This document shows positions 9,914-20,720 of a stretch of 64,000 nucleotides of DNA, piece after piece. The position numbers were made by a program, and so were the translations under genes. Each line of letters starts with the position of its first letter. The stretch's first letter is position 1. Source of the stretch: a virus (taxonomy: Duplodnaviria > Caudoviricetes). The notes under the pieces were generated by a model. That model saw only the letters and a program-made list of their open reading frames with translations, did no database searches and was not told the origin of the DNA. The stretch is taken from IMG/VR virus record IMGVR_UViG_3300031998_000004; one strand, 5' to 3'.

Positions 9914-11440
9914 ATGAAATTACTTACGAACATAGTTTTATATAGTAACACCAGGATTACCCAACCGTATATGATTGAGTTATTTCCTGGTGATTCATCG
10001 ATATCATTAAAGGATGAATTTTACTTTAAAATAAATGGTTCTAAAGATTACTACGATAGTGAATCTTATTTAATGCTTTCTAGTAATTTTCCTCAATATA
10101 TTAAAAAGGAAAATGAATGGTATAAACCCAATCAAACACCAAAAGAAACCTATCAGTTAACACCCGCTACGTTAAAAGTGTATTTTCCACAATATTCTGT
10201 TGATACCTTTAAAAAGGATACGACATATATGTTAACTGCTTATACATATATTCATGGCAAAAAAATTCAATTAGGGTGTTTTGAGTTTAAAAGAAAGGAT
10301 TGTTTAGCTTGTCCTCCTATTAAATTTGGTGGGATGAATGAATATTACGAATATATGGATTTCAAAATAGCGGATCCTTTTTCTATTCATTTTGAAGATG
10401 AATCCGTTGATATTAGAAGACAATTAGGAGAACCAGATAGAACTAATAATACAGGATCAATATTATATTTATGTATTGATGTTGTTGATTATGTTGATGA
10501 TCATTATATTAAAAACGAAGAATGGAATAACTGTCAAAACGGAATACAAATAACCGATTCCGATATACTTCGATTAGAAACAAAATATGACCCGGATACT
10601 AATTTTTTGAATATGAATATATTCTATAACAAAACATACGGGAATGATTTTGTTGATTACATATATGAAACATACGGTGTTTCAAATACAGCACTTGTAT
10701 GGGAGTATGTTATTATGGATAATAATGATATATATTATGAAGAAAATTCGGTTACTTATATGAGTAAAAATAATGAATATTCGTTTCATTATGATTTTGA
10801 TATGAGTTTTGAATCGGGTGCATATGATTCTGATGAAGGTGCTGTTCCGCTTGGTGGAGTTTTTAAATCGTTTGATGATTGGAAACCCGGTATGTATATA
10901 AACAGCTCCGTATCTTTTTATGAACGAAAAGAATTTGATGGCACCGATAATTCTATTCCGTTTATAACATTACTTTCAAATAGAATCCCTATAACACAGG
11001 AAATGTTTGCTGAAATAATTCGTGATTATTCATTTCCTTCGAAAATAGACCTAACAAATTTAAATATGGATAATATAACAATTAATACATTTAATCAAAT
11101 ATCTCAAGAGACCATAATTGTTCCAAAACCAAATGATTCCACAAAAAATCATATTATGCAACCTATATTTTATCAGACCAGATCATTGAATGAGACAATT
11201 ATTCATCCCGCGGTTTCTGAAAATATTTGTATCAATTTGGATTCTTATAAGTCTTTAGTAAAAAGGTTTATATTACAAGTAGAAGGCGTGACCTTTAAAG
11301 AAGCAGGCCGAACTAATAAAGGAGTTATATTTAAGGTAATTGGTAGTTCGCTTCCAAAAAATTCAAACGAAGGAACTTTATACGTATTAGATCAAGACTT
11401 GAATTTAGTGACTTCTGGGAAATACACTTATGCTTATTAA
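9914..11440 (+). CDS. Hypothetical virion structural protein
   Basis: First gene of the baseplate operon. Confidence 0.5.
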   Translation: MKLLTNIVLYSNTRITQPYMIELFPGDSSISLKDEFYFKINGSKDYYDSESYLMLSSNFPQYIKKENEWYKPNQTPKETYQLTPATLKVYFPQYSVDTFKKDTTYMLTAYTYIHGKKIQLGCFEFKRKDCLACPPIKFGGMNEYYEYMDFKIADPFSIHFEDESVDIRRQLGEPDRTNNTGSILYLCIDVVDYVDDHYIKNEEWNNCQNGIQITDSDILRLETKYDPDTNFLNMNIFYNKTYGNDFVDYIYETYGVSNTALVWEYVIMDNNDIYYEENSVTYMSKNNEYSFHYDFDMSFESGAYDSDEGAVPLGGVFKSFDDWKPGMYINSSVSFYERKEFDGTDNSIPFITLLSNRIPITQEMFAEIIRDYSFPSKIDLTNLNMDNITINTFNQISQETIIVPKPNDSTKNHIMQPIFYQTRSLNETIIHPAVSENICINLDSYKSLVKRFILQVEGVTFKEAGRTNKGVIFKVIGSSLPKNSNEGTLYVLDQDLNLVTSGKYTYAY

Positions 11441-11784
11441 TGATTGATTTCAGTTTGTATAAAAAAACAGGCACTGCCACTATCAACGACGAAATCGATT
11501 TGCTTCTTCAGCAGGTCGATATGATATTTAATACGACACCTACAGAAGTATTAGGAGATAATGAGTTTGGTACCGAATATGATAGGTACCTATATGATTT
11601 AAAAATGTCCGCCGAGAATATAAAACATGTTGTTGAAGGCGATTTATCTAACATAAATACTATGGGTTGGACTTATAATGTTGATACATATTTATTACAC
11701 GGCACAGAACAAGATATTCTTGTTATAGATATAGCTTTTATAAAAGGATCAGAGGTGGTTAAAAAAACATACAAAATATCTTAA
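11440..11784 (+). CDS. Baseplate wedge subunit, gp25-like
   Basis: 114 aa; T.P.EVLGD.EFG pattern; directly before the gp6-like gene. Confidence 0.7.
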   Translation: MIDFSLYKKTGTATINDEIDLLLQQVDMIFNTTPTEVLGDNEFGTEYDRYLYDLKMSAENIKHVVEGDLSNINTMGWTYNVDTYLLHGTEQDILVIDIAFIKGSEVVKKTYKIS

Positions 11785-11785
11785 T

Positions 11786-13462
11786 ATGAAAATATTTTCA
11801 TTATTGGAAACTCAATACGGCAAATTCATAACTTCCGTCAAAGACTATTTATCAAAATCACTTTCTAGTATTGGTGAATATTATGGAAGTTCAACAATAT
11901 TTGGGCAACTCATAAATGTACTACAAGGAGTTGTTCAAAATATTATGTTGTATATAGAAGACGCGATGACAGAACAAAACAAATGGTCTGCACAAAGAAA
12001 GAAATCTATATATGGGTTAGCAGCTCAATCCGGATATGAACCATATCTTGGTAAGGCCGCTGGTGTACAATTAAAAATAACATACGTAGCGTCGAACTCA
12101 CAGAGTACGGATATAATTTTGAGAAACCACGAAGAATTAACATGTACTCAAAATGGGTTACAATATAATATTATATTACCTCAAGAAGCAATCGTACTGA
12201 ATATTCAAAAAGATAATTCATCCAAGTATTTATATGCGGTTCAGGGTAGATTCGAATCACAGACTTTTATCAGTACTGGTGGTAAGTATTGGACCAAGAA
12301 TTTCCAATTTGTTGGAAATATAGATACTGATTATATATCACTATCTGTCAATAATGAACCTTGGGAATACGAAGCATCCCTTTATGATATGGCTCCCGAT
12401 TCAAAAACATTTACTTATAAAGTGGGTTATAATGGTGGTATAGATTTGATATTTGGAGATAATACCCATGGAAGATCATTAAAGAAAAACGATGTTATAA
12501 AAGTAACATATCTTATTCATGAAGGTGAGGGTGGAAACCTGGATCCTTCTCAAGAGACTTATTTTGTATTTAATAACAATTTAGGCACTATAGCCGGAGA
12601 TAATGTTGATGGGAACTCAATATTTAATATATCTTTTGCAACATTAGATGGTATTACAAGCGGATCTGATACAGAAGCGTTGGAATCAATTAGAACTAAT
12701 ATAGGATATAATAGCAGGTCTCTTGTACTAGCTAGTCCAGAAAACTATAAAAATTACTTATCTAAATTCTCATTTGTAGGATATAATCGTTCCTGGTCCG
12801 AACAGGGGTCATTAATTATTAACACTCTTGCAATGAAGAATTATAAACTTAACATATCTAAAGGATTAGATTATTTCAATCTTAAAGAGTCCGATTTCTT
12901 CTTATCCGATTCACAAAAAGAATCTATCATAAATTCTATAACTCAAAGTGGAAGACAATTGGCTGGATCTACATATAATATCATTAATCCCGAATTATGT
13001 AAGTATTTCCTTACTATATATATTAAACCAAAATCCAAACATTACGATAAAACATATTTGGAATCAAAGATTAGAAATTTGATTGGTGAGTTCTTTACGA
13101 ATATAGAGTCGGATCAATATATTCCTAAATCGGATATTGAAAAATACATTCTTGATAATGTTTCAGAAGTTGATGGAGTTAATTGTTATTTCTTATCGGA
13201 GAAAAATGAAACGGCATTACAAACACTTCGATATGATGAAACAAAATATGTATGGGATCCGATAGCTGAAAAATATGATATAGTAATAGAAAAGCACTAT
13301 TTAACCCCCGGTGAGAATCCAGGAATTGGTCTCGATGCTCATGGTAATATCGAATTACATTCGGATCATGAATTTCCTGTATTGATGGGTGGATGGGATT
13401 GGCTAAATGATAACAAACAAGAAGTTCCTGTGGTTGATCCACTAAATATAATATTCGAATAA
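11786..13462 (+). CDS. Baseplate wedge protein, T4 gp6-like
   Basis: AQRKKSIYGLA..SGY, LIFGDN.HG, GSDTE.LESIR motifs. Confidence 0.8.
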   Translation: MKIFSLLETQYGKFITSVKDYLSKSLSSIGEYYGSSTIFGQLINVLQGVVQNIMLYIEDAMTEQNKWSAQRKKSIYGLAAQSGYEPYLGKAAGVQLKITYVASNSQSTDIILRNHEELTCTQNGLQYNIILPQEAIVLNIQKDNSSKYLYAVQGRFESQTFISTGGKYWTKNFQFVGNIDTDYISLSVNNEPWEYEASLYDMAPDSKTFTYKVGYNGGIDLIFGDNTHGRSLKKNDVIKVTYLIHEGEGGNLDPSQETYFVFNNNLGTIAGDNVDGNSIFNISFATLDGITSGSDTEALESIRTNIGYNSRSLVLASPENYKNYLSKFSFVGYNRSWSEQGSLIINTLAMKNYKLNISKGLDYFNLKESDFFLSDSQKESIINSITQSGRQLAGSTYNIINPELCKYFLTIYIKPKSKHYDKTYLESKIRNLIGEFFTNIESDQYIPKSDIEKYILDNVSEVDGVNCYFLSEKNETALQTLRYDETKYVWDPIAEKYDIVIEKHYLTPGENPGIGLDAHGNIELHSDHEFPVLMGGWDWLNDNKQEVPVVDPLNIIFE

Positions 13463-13466
13463 TCTT

Positions 13467-15767
13467 ATGATAAAATTCTTTAATGAGGAAGGTAACGTAT
13501 TTGAAGGAAAATCTCCATATATCCATTGGTTGAATAATGGACAGTCTATTGGATTGTGGTATAATCTTAAGTTATTTGTTATAACAGATTATAAACCAAC
13601 GACCCCGGAGACTCCTCAATTATCATATTATGGATTGAAAGATGATAGTATATTCAGATTTATCAACAAAAACCTTCTAGGAACTACAACAGATATTAAT
13701 GAGCTTACTTGTTTGGATTTCGTTGATGCAGGTGGAGTAGAGTATATAGATTCTAATTCCGGCAAATCATATACGGTATATCAAATACTTATAGTATGTA
13801 CCTCGGATATTTCTGGACAGTTTACGGATTCGTTTATTCTTTCCGATGGAGAATCTACAATAGATGTTAATATTGGGGCTGACTTCTATATGGAAAACGA
13901 GATGTTATCTATTAATCTTGGAAATAAGGGAATGGATATTTCCCCACTCATAAATAAAGCATTTTATGAGAATGATTATAGGGAAAATAATATAGATAAC
14001 ATATTGATTAACAGAAAGTTTAAAGAACTACTCGCAAATTATATTGATATAATTGATTGTAAAGGTTCTTATCGTTCTCTTTATAATTCTCTTGAATGGT
14101 TTGGGTGGAAAGATAAGGTTTCTTTATATGAAATATGGAAATCAAATGATACTTATTTTGAAAAAAAGTTAGAAGTAACGTTATCTGAATTTTATAAAGA
14201 ACTCATATATACACATTCTAAAACAACCCACATTTCTCTCGTAACATTATTTCAAACTACCGAACCAGGCGACAGTTTTGATATTGAGAAAAACCCCATT
14301 GTTGCTGAAATAGAAAGACAGTGGACTAATGAAGAACTAATGGTGAAGATATCTCTTCTTGGAGCATTCTTTGCAAAATACTTTATGCCTATTCATTTGG
14401 ATCTTTATAGAGCTTCATTAGAATATCTTGTATTTACTCCACAAGTAAAAGCATCTTATGGGTCCTCAAATAATTCATATAATTTCTTCGAAGATACCGG
14501 TGTGGTTGATATCAAAATGGATAATATAGTAACTATAGGAAATATCGAACCCGTTGCTGTCGGTCCTGATACTATGTTTGGGAGAACTTGGGAAAATGAG
14601 CAAAATAATTTTGTTCCGATTGGTGTTGATTTTATTAATGATATTGACAGTGTTTCTAATACTGATTTAACATCATTTTATAGCCAATTATATAACGGCA
14701 TTGGGGTTGTGATCCCAGTAACGGTTACGGTTCCATTATCTGATGTATATGATGGTGTAAGTGTAGAAACTATTTATTTATATAAGAACGGTATCGAATC
14801 TAATCCTATTGTATTAACCGATAGAAAATTATTTATGTCTGATGGTGAAAAGGCAGAATTTACATTTAATCTCCTTTCAACTAAAGAAGAAAAGGTGTCT
14901 TTCTCGTTGGAACTTCACTCATTATCCGGCCATACTTGGACAGCGTGTGCGAGTTATAAAGCCGTTGATCCTACAGGCAGTTATTTGAAAGTGTGCAGGG
15001 TGAGTCCTAAACAAACACTCACTGGTGATTTTGTTGACAATATGAATGGGAATCCATGGGGAACTCAATATAATACTATTCAAGTTGAACCATACTCGGG
15101 TACAACAATCGATCCTTCCAAGTATACTGCACAGTATCTTGTTCAATATCTTCCAAATAGTAATACAGCTAAAGTACAACAATTGTACCATGAAATAATT
15201 ATTGGAGAAAATGAAGATACTGGTAGTGATTATGCGGAGAGGGAAGTGAGCGGAATGAATTATGATAACTATTGGAGAATTGGGATTGGTCCGTTATATA
15301 ACGACGACTCAACCAAAAACCATAAATACACGTTATATGTCAATAAGATTGCGGGCTCTTGGGGTAGTCAGGATTCTCAAGATATAATTAATGAGTATTC
15401 AAACGCGTTAGTTAGACATGATAAAACTCATCTTCCACAACTATATGACTTTAATGATATAGAAGAGAGTAATCCACAAACCTTGAATAGTTATACATTT
15501 TCGGGCGATGATCTTTTCTGTATTATTCCACAGTTTAGTCAGACTCTCGGAAGAAATATTGATTTAGAAACCATTCGTTGGGAGTTCAAGAATATGTCCA
15601 CTCTACAAACCATATCATATAACATTCCTATGACTCAACCAATTCTTACAAATAATGAATACAAAGAACTCGATCCCGGTTATTGGAGTATTACTATGTA
15701 TTATAGATTGGTTGGTTCGGGAGCAGAACATGTATTAACCAAAAACTCCGCGTTTAGGATAAAATAA
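13467..15767 (+). CDS. Putative baseplate protein (gp7 / tail-I-like)
   Basis: KGSYRSL.NSL.WFGW motif; follows the gp6-like gene. Confidence 0.55.
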   Translation: MIKFFNEEGNVFEGKSPYIHWLNNGQSIGLWYNLKLFVITDYKPTTPETPQLSYYGLKDDSIFRFINKNLLGTTTDINELTCLDFVDAGGVEYIDSNSGKSYTVYQILIVCTSDISGQFTDSFILSDGESTIDVNIGADFYMENEMLSINLGNKGMDISPLINKAFYENDYRENNIDNILINRKFKELLANYIDIIDCKGSYRSLYNSLEWFGWKDKVSLYEIWKSNDTYFEKKLEVTLSEFYKELIYTHSKTTHISLVTLFQTTEPGDSFDIEKNPIVAEIERQWTNEELMVKISLLGAFFAKYFMPIHLDLYRASLEYLVFTPQVKASYGSSNNSYNFFEDTGVVDIKMDNIVTIGNIEPVAVGPDTMFGRTWENEQNNFVPIGVDFINDIDSVSNTDLTSFYSQLYNGIGVVIPVTVTVPLSDVYDGVSVETIYLYKNGIESNPIVLTDRKLFMSDGEKAEFTFNLLSTKEEKVSFSLELHSLSGHTWTACASYKAVDPTGSYLKVCRVSPKQTLTGDFVDNMNGNPWGTQYNTIQVEPYSGTTIDPSKYTAQYLVQYLPNSNTAKVQQLYHEIIIGENEDTGSDYAEREVSGMNYDNYWRIGIGPLYNDDSTKNHKYTLYVNKIAGSWGSQDSQDIINEYSNALVRHDKTHLPQLYDFNDIEESNPQTLNSYTFSGDDLFCIIPQFSQTLGRNIDLETIRWEFKNMSTLQTISYNIPMTQPILTNNEYKELDPGYWSITMYYRLVGSGAEHVLTKNSAFRIK

Positions 15768-15793
15768 AAAAGATGACCGTTTGGTCATCTTTT
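15767..15793. terminator. Bidirectional intrinsic terminator
   Basis: AAAAAGATGACC-GTTT-GGTCATCTTTT between convergent genes. Confidence 0.85.
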
Positions 15794-15815
15794 ATTGTAA
15801 TTATGAAATAGTGAA

Positions 15816-16133
15816 CTATTCGGTTTCTGCTTGAGACCCTTCCTCCTCATCTACTTGCCTCATCATCTGATTGGCTATATTTTCAATAATGTATTCGCAT
15901 ACATCATGCCGCCTATCCGTGAAAACCAGCTGTTTGGTGTCTTTATTGATAATAGCATATCCGACCACATGTGCTTCTTTATCTGCCCCTTCCCATAGCT
16001 GGACTACAAAACAAGGCACCCTTAATTCTGCACAATATTCGGTAAGCCCCCTATGAATACACATTTCTTGTCCATCATGAAATCCGGGCGAAGTCTCGGT
16101 TGGTTTAAATTTGTATTGTATATTTTCAATCAT
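15816..16133 (-). CDS. Hypothetical protein
   Basis: ORF packing. Confidence 0.6.
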   Translation of the reverse strand: MIENIQYKFKPTETSPGFHDGQEMCIHRGLTEYCAELRVPCFVVQLWEGADKEAHVVGYAIINKDTKQLVFTDRRHDVCEYIIENIANQMMRQVDEEEGSQAETE

Positions 16134-16150
16134 ATTCTTTTCATTTATAT

Positions 16151-16612
16151 TTATCGTCTTCCTCCACCAGAATGATGATGTCCTGAAGGCGGCCCACCGT
16201 GTCTCCCACCGGAGTACCTAGGAGTGTTTCTATGGTGTCCGTTGCCACGTGGAGTGGTGTAACGATAATGGAAGTAATAAGTTGGTCTTGGTGTTGAATA
16301 ATACTGATGATGTGGTCTGCGATAGTCATAGTAATAAACATCATTCCGTTGGTTGACAACTGTACTAACTAGAATAGTCTTCCCACATACAACATAAAGA
16401 TGTCCGTTTATATCAACAAACGAAACAGTGGCTGTTGTACCAGTTACTTCATAACTCTTAACATAAACATGCGGATAATAAGCGCGTTGCCCACTTCCGT
16501 CATCAAGTACGGTTACATTGTTGTATGTATCTTGATAGTATCGGGTTGTTCCACAGGATATCGCAAGTAATGAAATAAGAATTGTAAGAAAAATTGCCTT
16601 AAGTGTCTTCAT
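16151..16612 (-). CDS. Putative lipoprotein with His/Arg/Gly/Tyr-rich tail
   Basis: MKTLK, hydrophobic stretch, LAISC lipobox. Confidence 0.65.
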   Translation of the reverse strand: MKTLKAIFLTILISLLAISCGTTRYYQDTYNNVTVLDDGSGQRAYYPHVYVKSYEVTGTTATVSFVDINGHLYVVCGKTILVSTVVNQRNDVYYYDYRRPHHQYYSTPRPTYYFHYRYTTPRGNGHHRNTPRYSGGRHGGPPSGHHHSGGGRR

Positions 16613-16623
16613 AATATTGTTAT

Positions 16624-17163
16624 TTAATCATCATCTCGACCATTAATTCTTGCAGACTCTTCCTCAAGCCATGCAGCAAATAAAACAGAGTCCCAATCCT
16701 TGATGAATCCGTCCTTTTGGATAGTGATTTTAATATAATCTCCATATCCACTATCGTCAATCGCAAGGAAATTAGGGACATAATCATTCTCCACAGAAAG
16801 AATCGCTTCATCATACCAGTTATCCGGATTTGGTCCATTATGGACGCGCCTGGTTATCTCCCATGAGCACTCATCGCAGACTTTGAAGTGCATGCGGATT
16901 TCTTTTCCACAGGTATAGTCATAGTTCTCCACCTTACCAGTTTCAGGATTGATAACGAGCCTGAGCAGATCTCCGTCTACCAGACCAATCTTATATTCCT
17001 TGTTGTATCGACCAAGAAGGTCTTTAATAGTATCCGGGTCGGTGTCTTCTTCGAACTCCTGTCCATCGATTTCACAGTCCTCCCAGTATCGTACATTTGC
17101 ATAAACAATCACCTTGTTAATGGTAACAGGACCAGGCTTGAAAGTAAAATTCTTGATAATCAT
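16624..17163 (-). CDS. Conserved phage hypothetical protein
   Basis: VRYWED, HFKVCD, YVP, GYGDYI motifs. Confidence 0.7.
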   Translation of the reverse strand: MIIKNFTFKPGPVTINKVIVYANVRYWEDCEIDGQEFEEDTDPDTIKDLLGRYNKEYKIGLVDGDLLRLVINPETGKVENYDYTCGKEIRMHFKVCDECSWEITRRVHNGPNPDNWYDEAILSVENDYVPNFLAIDDSGYGDYIKITIQKDGFIKDWDSVLFAAWLEEESARINGRDDD

Positions 17164-17177
17164 AGTTATGTCTGTTT

Positions 17178-17193
17178 GAATTTAATTAACAAA
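17178..17193 (-). promoter_or_regulatory. Conserved upstream motif TTTGTTAATTAAATTC
   Basis: Extended match TCTGTTTGAATTTA..TTAACAAA with 61761-61784. Confidence 0.55.
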
Positions 17194-17194
17194 T

Positions 17195-17581
17195 CTATTT
17201 AACATATTTAGTATATATTTGGTCAAACGTCTTCCATGTACAATACATATTTGGGGTTATCTTAAAAATATCTGATTCCCTTTTGATTGTGCACTTGCGA
17301 TGCAGCATCGTTATAAACTCTTCGGGGGTGTAATGATAAATTTCTTGTATTGCGGGTACCGTATCTCTAACAACAGTACCATCCCAAGTTAATTGTCGTT
17401 CCCGTATGTTTTTCTTGGTGAATAATATATTTGCTTCATCCCAAGAGACATCACAATCCATATAATAGAGTTCGGTGTCTCCAACGGAGCACTCATCATA
17501 GAAATGACCGGGTGTCAACGGACCGGTCTTCGAACAAGCTATCAAAAGAACACATATGAGTATCCACAAGCGCTTCATCAA
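17195..17581 (-). CDS. Putative lipoprotein
   Basis: MKR, hydrophobic stretch, LIAC lipobox. Confidence 0.6.
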   Translation of the reverse strand: MMKRLWILICVLLIACSKTGPLTPGHFYDECSVGDTELYYMDCDVSWDEANILFTKKNIRERQLTWDGTVVRDTVPAIQEIYHYTPEEFITMLHRKCTIKRESDIFKITPNMYCTWKTFDQIYTKYVK

Positions 17582-18021
17582 TAGTCCTCCTCAGCTACTG
17601 GCGTACCATCGGGATAGACCGCTTCTATCCAATCCCCTTCCGCGTATGCGTGATCCCATATAGGAGTCTTATCGCGCATGTCCTTTGGGAGAGTTATTGT
17701 TTTTTCTTCCCCATCTACCTTCATGTGAAACTTATCCCACATCTCAAGAAGAACCCCATATTTATAAAGATCGACGTATGCTACTTTAAGATCGTGTTTA
17801 ATTGCTTCCAATCGTTCATCAATCCACTCCTCTGGGGATCCTTCATAGTCCGGGTCCATAAACTTCTGTGGCTCGGTCATATACGCGAGTTTATAAAGAG
17901 CATTCTCTGCTTCTTCCATACCTTTCTTTGTTTCATCAATCGCGTCTTCAAGCTCTCCGCGAGTCTTAAATGACTCACCATAAAAACTATAAGGAGCTAG
18001 TACGTGCATCTCTATACTCAT
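17578..18021 (-). CDS. Hypothetical protein
   Basis: ATGA overlaps with neighbours. Confidence 0.65.
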   Translation of the reverse strand: MSIEMHVLAPYSFYGESFKTRGELEDAIDETKKGMEEAENALYKLAYMTEPQKFMDPDYEGSPEEWIDERLEAIKHDLKVAYVDLYKYGVLLEMWDKFHMKVDGEEKTITLPKDMRDKTPIWDHAYAEGDWIEAVYPDGTPVAEEDY

Positions 18022-18404
18022 AATCCGAAAAATTTATTTAATATAATATTGAATAGATTCTGGTCATCGTAGTACATACAAAAAGTAGAGCCGATATCTT
18101 CGCGTACCCCATCCTTCTCTTGCCAAAAATCTACTTCGATAAACGGATCTTCCATCTCCGTCTTAACATCTTTCATCACCCCTTCACCGTACACCTCTAC
18201 ACAAGAGATAACATGGATGGTCTGTCCCGGTTCATCATGTCTTTGTCCGTTAACTACTACAACACTACCCGGAGTGTGAACTTCTCTTTCTACTCGCCAG
18301 GCAAGTTTCTCCGCATCTTTGACAAAATCGTCTTCTGCCAGTCTCCCTTCTATAAATTTAAGGAAGTCTTCTTTTGTTGGTCTTACTGTTACTTGTTCAT
18401 CCAT
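18018..18404 (-). CDS. Hypothetical protein
   Basis: ORF packing. Confidence 0.65.
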   Translation of the reverse strand: MDEQVTVRPTKEDFLKFIEGRLAEDDFVKDAEKLAWRVEREVHTPGSVVVVNGQRHDEPGQTIHVISCVEVYGEGVMKDVKTEMEDPFIEVDFWQEKDGVREDIGSTFCMYYDDQNLFNIILNKFFGL

Positions 18405-18405
18405 A

Positions 18406-18708
18406 TTACTTCGGGAAATATTGTTTATATTCGAGTTTCATATGTCCGTAGACCTTATCGGAAAACTCCTTTCTCCACTCACTATCTCCTATCTTATCAA
18501 AGAATCTCTGGCTGTAATCAATATAACTCTCTACCATAGCATAGAACCTGCTATTGTGTAAAGCTTCTGTTGCTTCCTCTATACTATCAAATACTGATCT
18601 ACCATTATCACTTACAAAGAGTTTGTCATCAATAAATACCCTCCAAATGGTTGGAGTCCAATAACTTGTTGTGTTGCCATCTCTGGCCTGTTTCATGTTA
18701 AATTCCAT
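18406..18708 (-). CDS. Hypothetical protein
   Basis: ORF packing. Confidence 0.6.
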   Translation of the reverse strand: MEFNMKQARDGNTTSYWTPTIWRVFIDDKLFVSDNGRSVFDSIEEATEALHNSRFYAMVESYIDYSQRFFDKIGDSEWRKEFSDKVYGHMKLEYKQYFPK

Positions 18709-18720
18709 GATATTATATAT

Positions 18721-19116
18721 TTAAGATTCATCTAATGTTAATCCTTTCTCTTCCATCTTCTCCACAAGGAGATAAAATAGATTGTAATCAATTCGGTTGA
18801 TATGAGCGCAGCTACCACACGTCTCACAGATATCACGACAGGTGAGTTCGTTCTCGGGTTTTCCAAGAGCTTCCGAGATTGCTTCCTTACCATATGCTAT
18901 ATGGTCTCCTTCACTATCTAGACAGAGTCCGTCTAGGTGTCTCCAAAAATTCCTACTACACCCACATCGCTGACTCTCAATAAGTACATCCCAGAACTGA
19001 GCTATCGTCTTGATACCCAACTTCTTACACATCTCAAGAAGGGTCTTCTTACATGTCTTATAAGAAGGACCTTTCTCAATATTACTTTTTATTACTTCTG
19101 TGAGATTGATATCCAT
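18721..19116 (-). CDS. Hypothetical Cys-rich protein
   Basis: CGC and CRDICETCGSC clusters. Confidence 0.6.
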   Translation of the reverse strand: MDINLTEVIKSNIEKGPSYKTCKKTLLEMCKKLGIKTIAQFWDVLIESQRCGCSRNFWRHLDGLCLDSEGDHIAYGKEAISEALGKPENELTCRDICETCGSCAHINRIDYNLFYLLVEKMEEKGLTLDES

Positions 19117-19151
19117 GATATTATATATTGAAACCTACAGGGTTTATTAAG

Positions 19152-19775
19152 CTACCATCTCTCTGCGAGAATTTTCTCTAGTTCTTTTCCTTCTTTTTTA
19201 GCGTACTGGTCTTCAATGTTTTCGTATTCATCTCGTTCGAATTCATTGTACATATTGGTTGCCTTTTCAACCCGAGGTTTTCTTGGTTCCTCTACATATC
19301 CAATAGCATTCTTACCATCGCCCCACCTAAACTGCAACCATCCTTCGTATTCTCCGTCATCCCATTTATAATCCTCAGGTATCTCGTCGGGACCACGAAA
19401 GAGCATGTCTTTGAGGATTAATTTATTGGTGCGGTTATCGTAGTTATAAAGTTTTTCCTCGCCCCACACCCAGGTCATGGTTTCACGATCTGCAAGCAGC
19501 CATCCCCAAGCCCTTTGTGTGGGTGTTTCAAAGACGTAGTTGGAGTCATAGTGCTTCTCCATCCACTTGAAGTGATCACGACGAGGAGCTTTATCAAAAG
19601 TACCACAGTATTCCTCGAAGAGCTCAATATGTGTTCGAGCTTCATCAGCGGTATCAAACTCTACCCTTTCTTCGTCACATACAACACTGTTTCTGGTCGG
19701 ATCCTTATAGTTCCAACCATAAATCTTATCTGCTTTCCTACCCCAGATGTTAGTTATTAGTATGTATCTTTTCAT
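19152..19775 (-). CDS. Hypothetical protein
   Basis: ORF packing. Confidence 0.65.
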   Translation of the reverse strand: MKRYILITNIWGRKADKIYGWNYKDPTRNSVVCDEERVEFDTADEARTHIELFEEYCGTFDKAPRRDHFKWMEKHYDSNYVFETPTQRAWGWLLADRETMTWVWGEEKLYNYDNRTNKLILKDMLFRGPDEIPEDYKWDDGEYEGWLQFRWGDGKNAIGYVEEPRKPRVEKATNMYNEFERDEYENIEDQYAKKEGKELEKILAERW

Positions 19776-20458
19776 TTGGATTCTTTATCTTTTCTAAAAC
19801 TAGTCTTCGGATCAAACCCATGAGAAAGTATCTTTTGCTCATCTGTCATCACTCGCAATCCATTTTTGTTGCCGTACAGATATCCATAAACATCATTTTT
19901 AACGTTGGATATTGACATTCCTGATTCTTTCCAATATCTGTATCCTTCCTCCCAGTAATTTTTATCGGACCTGGTTGCTTGTTTAACAAATTTAATTTTA
20001 TACTGTTCCATGAGGTCAAAAAAGTTTCCGACCTGAGATTGTAAAGATTTGAGCATAGTGTCACTTAATGCATGATCACCTTCTGCAATCTCCCACGGCC
20101 TAAGACTGTCTTCATTTTGATAAACTATATTCTCCCCGTATCTTATCAAGAACTTGAGAATGTAGTAAACGCCATTGTGATGAAAAGTCACAGTATACCA
20201 ATGCCTTTCGGTTGGTTTCTTACCAGTACTTTCATCAATCTTCTCTATAACCTTTTTGGTGTAATAAAATCCCAGAGGAGACTCTTTTCGAATTTCCTTT
20301 TCTACTGTTTTGATCTTGTTATTGTTCATCTCCTGTCCAGTGACATAGTTTCCAAGGACCGCAGTTCCTTCAGGACAGTGAGCAACAATAGACTTTTCGA
20401 TCTTCTCGATAGTTATGTTGTTTGCATTAAATAAACGCGTTACTTTTTCTTTCCACAT
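19772..20458 (-). CDS. Hypothetical protein
   Basis: ORF packing. Confidence 0.65.
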   Translation of the reverse strand: MWKEKVTRLFNANNITIEKIEKSIVAHCPEGTAVLGNYVTGQEMNNNKIKTVEKEIRKESPLGFYYTKKVIEKIDESTGKKPTERHWYTVTFHHNGVYYILKFLIRYGENIVYQNEDSLRPWEIAEGDHALSDTMLKSLQSQVGNFFDLMEQYKIKFVKQATRSDKNYWEEGYRYWKESGMSISNVKNDVYGYLYGNKNGLRVMTDEQKILSHGFDPKTSFRKDKESK

Positions 20459-20527
20459 ATTATGGCTATTTGAAATAGTTACTATTTTGGCAATTTGAAA
20501 TATTCAGACTCAGGTTGTTCGGTATGA

Positions 20528-20704
20528 TTATATTTCTATTTTTCTACCACATTTAGGGCAAATGATAATTTTTGCCATGTATGTTTCACCCACATAGGAT
20601 ATAACCCCATAGCATCTCTCTTCTGTCTTGATATCTGATTCATTATATTTAACATATGAACCACAATCATAACATTTCACAACATTGTTAATTACCTTTG
20701 CCAT
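20528..20704 (-). CDS. Small zinc-ribbon protein
   Basis: CYDC...CPKC; start taken at MAKVINN. Confidence 0.6.
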   Translation of the reverse strand: MAKVINNVVKCYDCGSYVKYNESDIKTEERCYGVISYVGETYMAKIIICPKCGRKIEI

Positions 20705-20720
20705 AACTAAATCGAAATAA

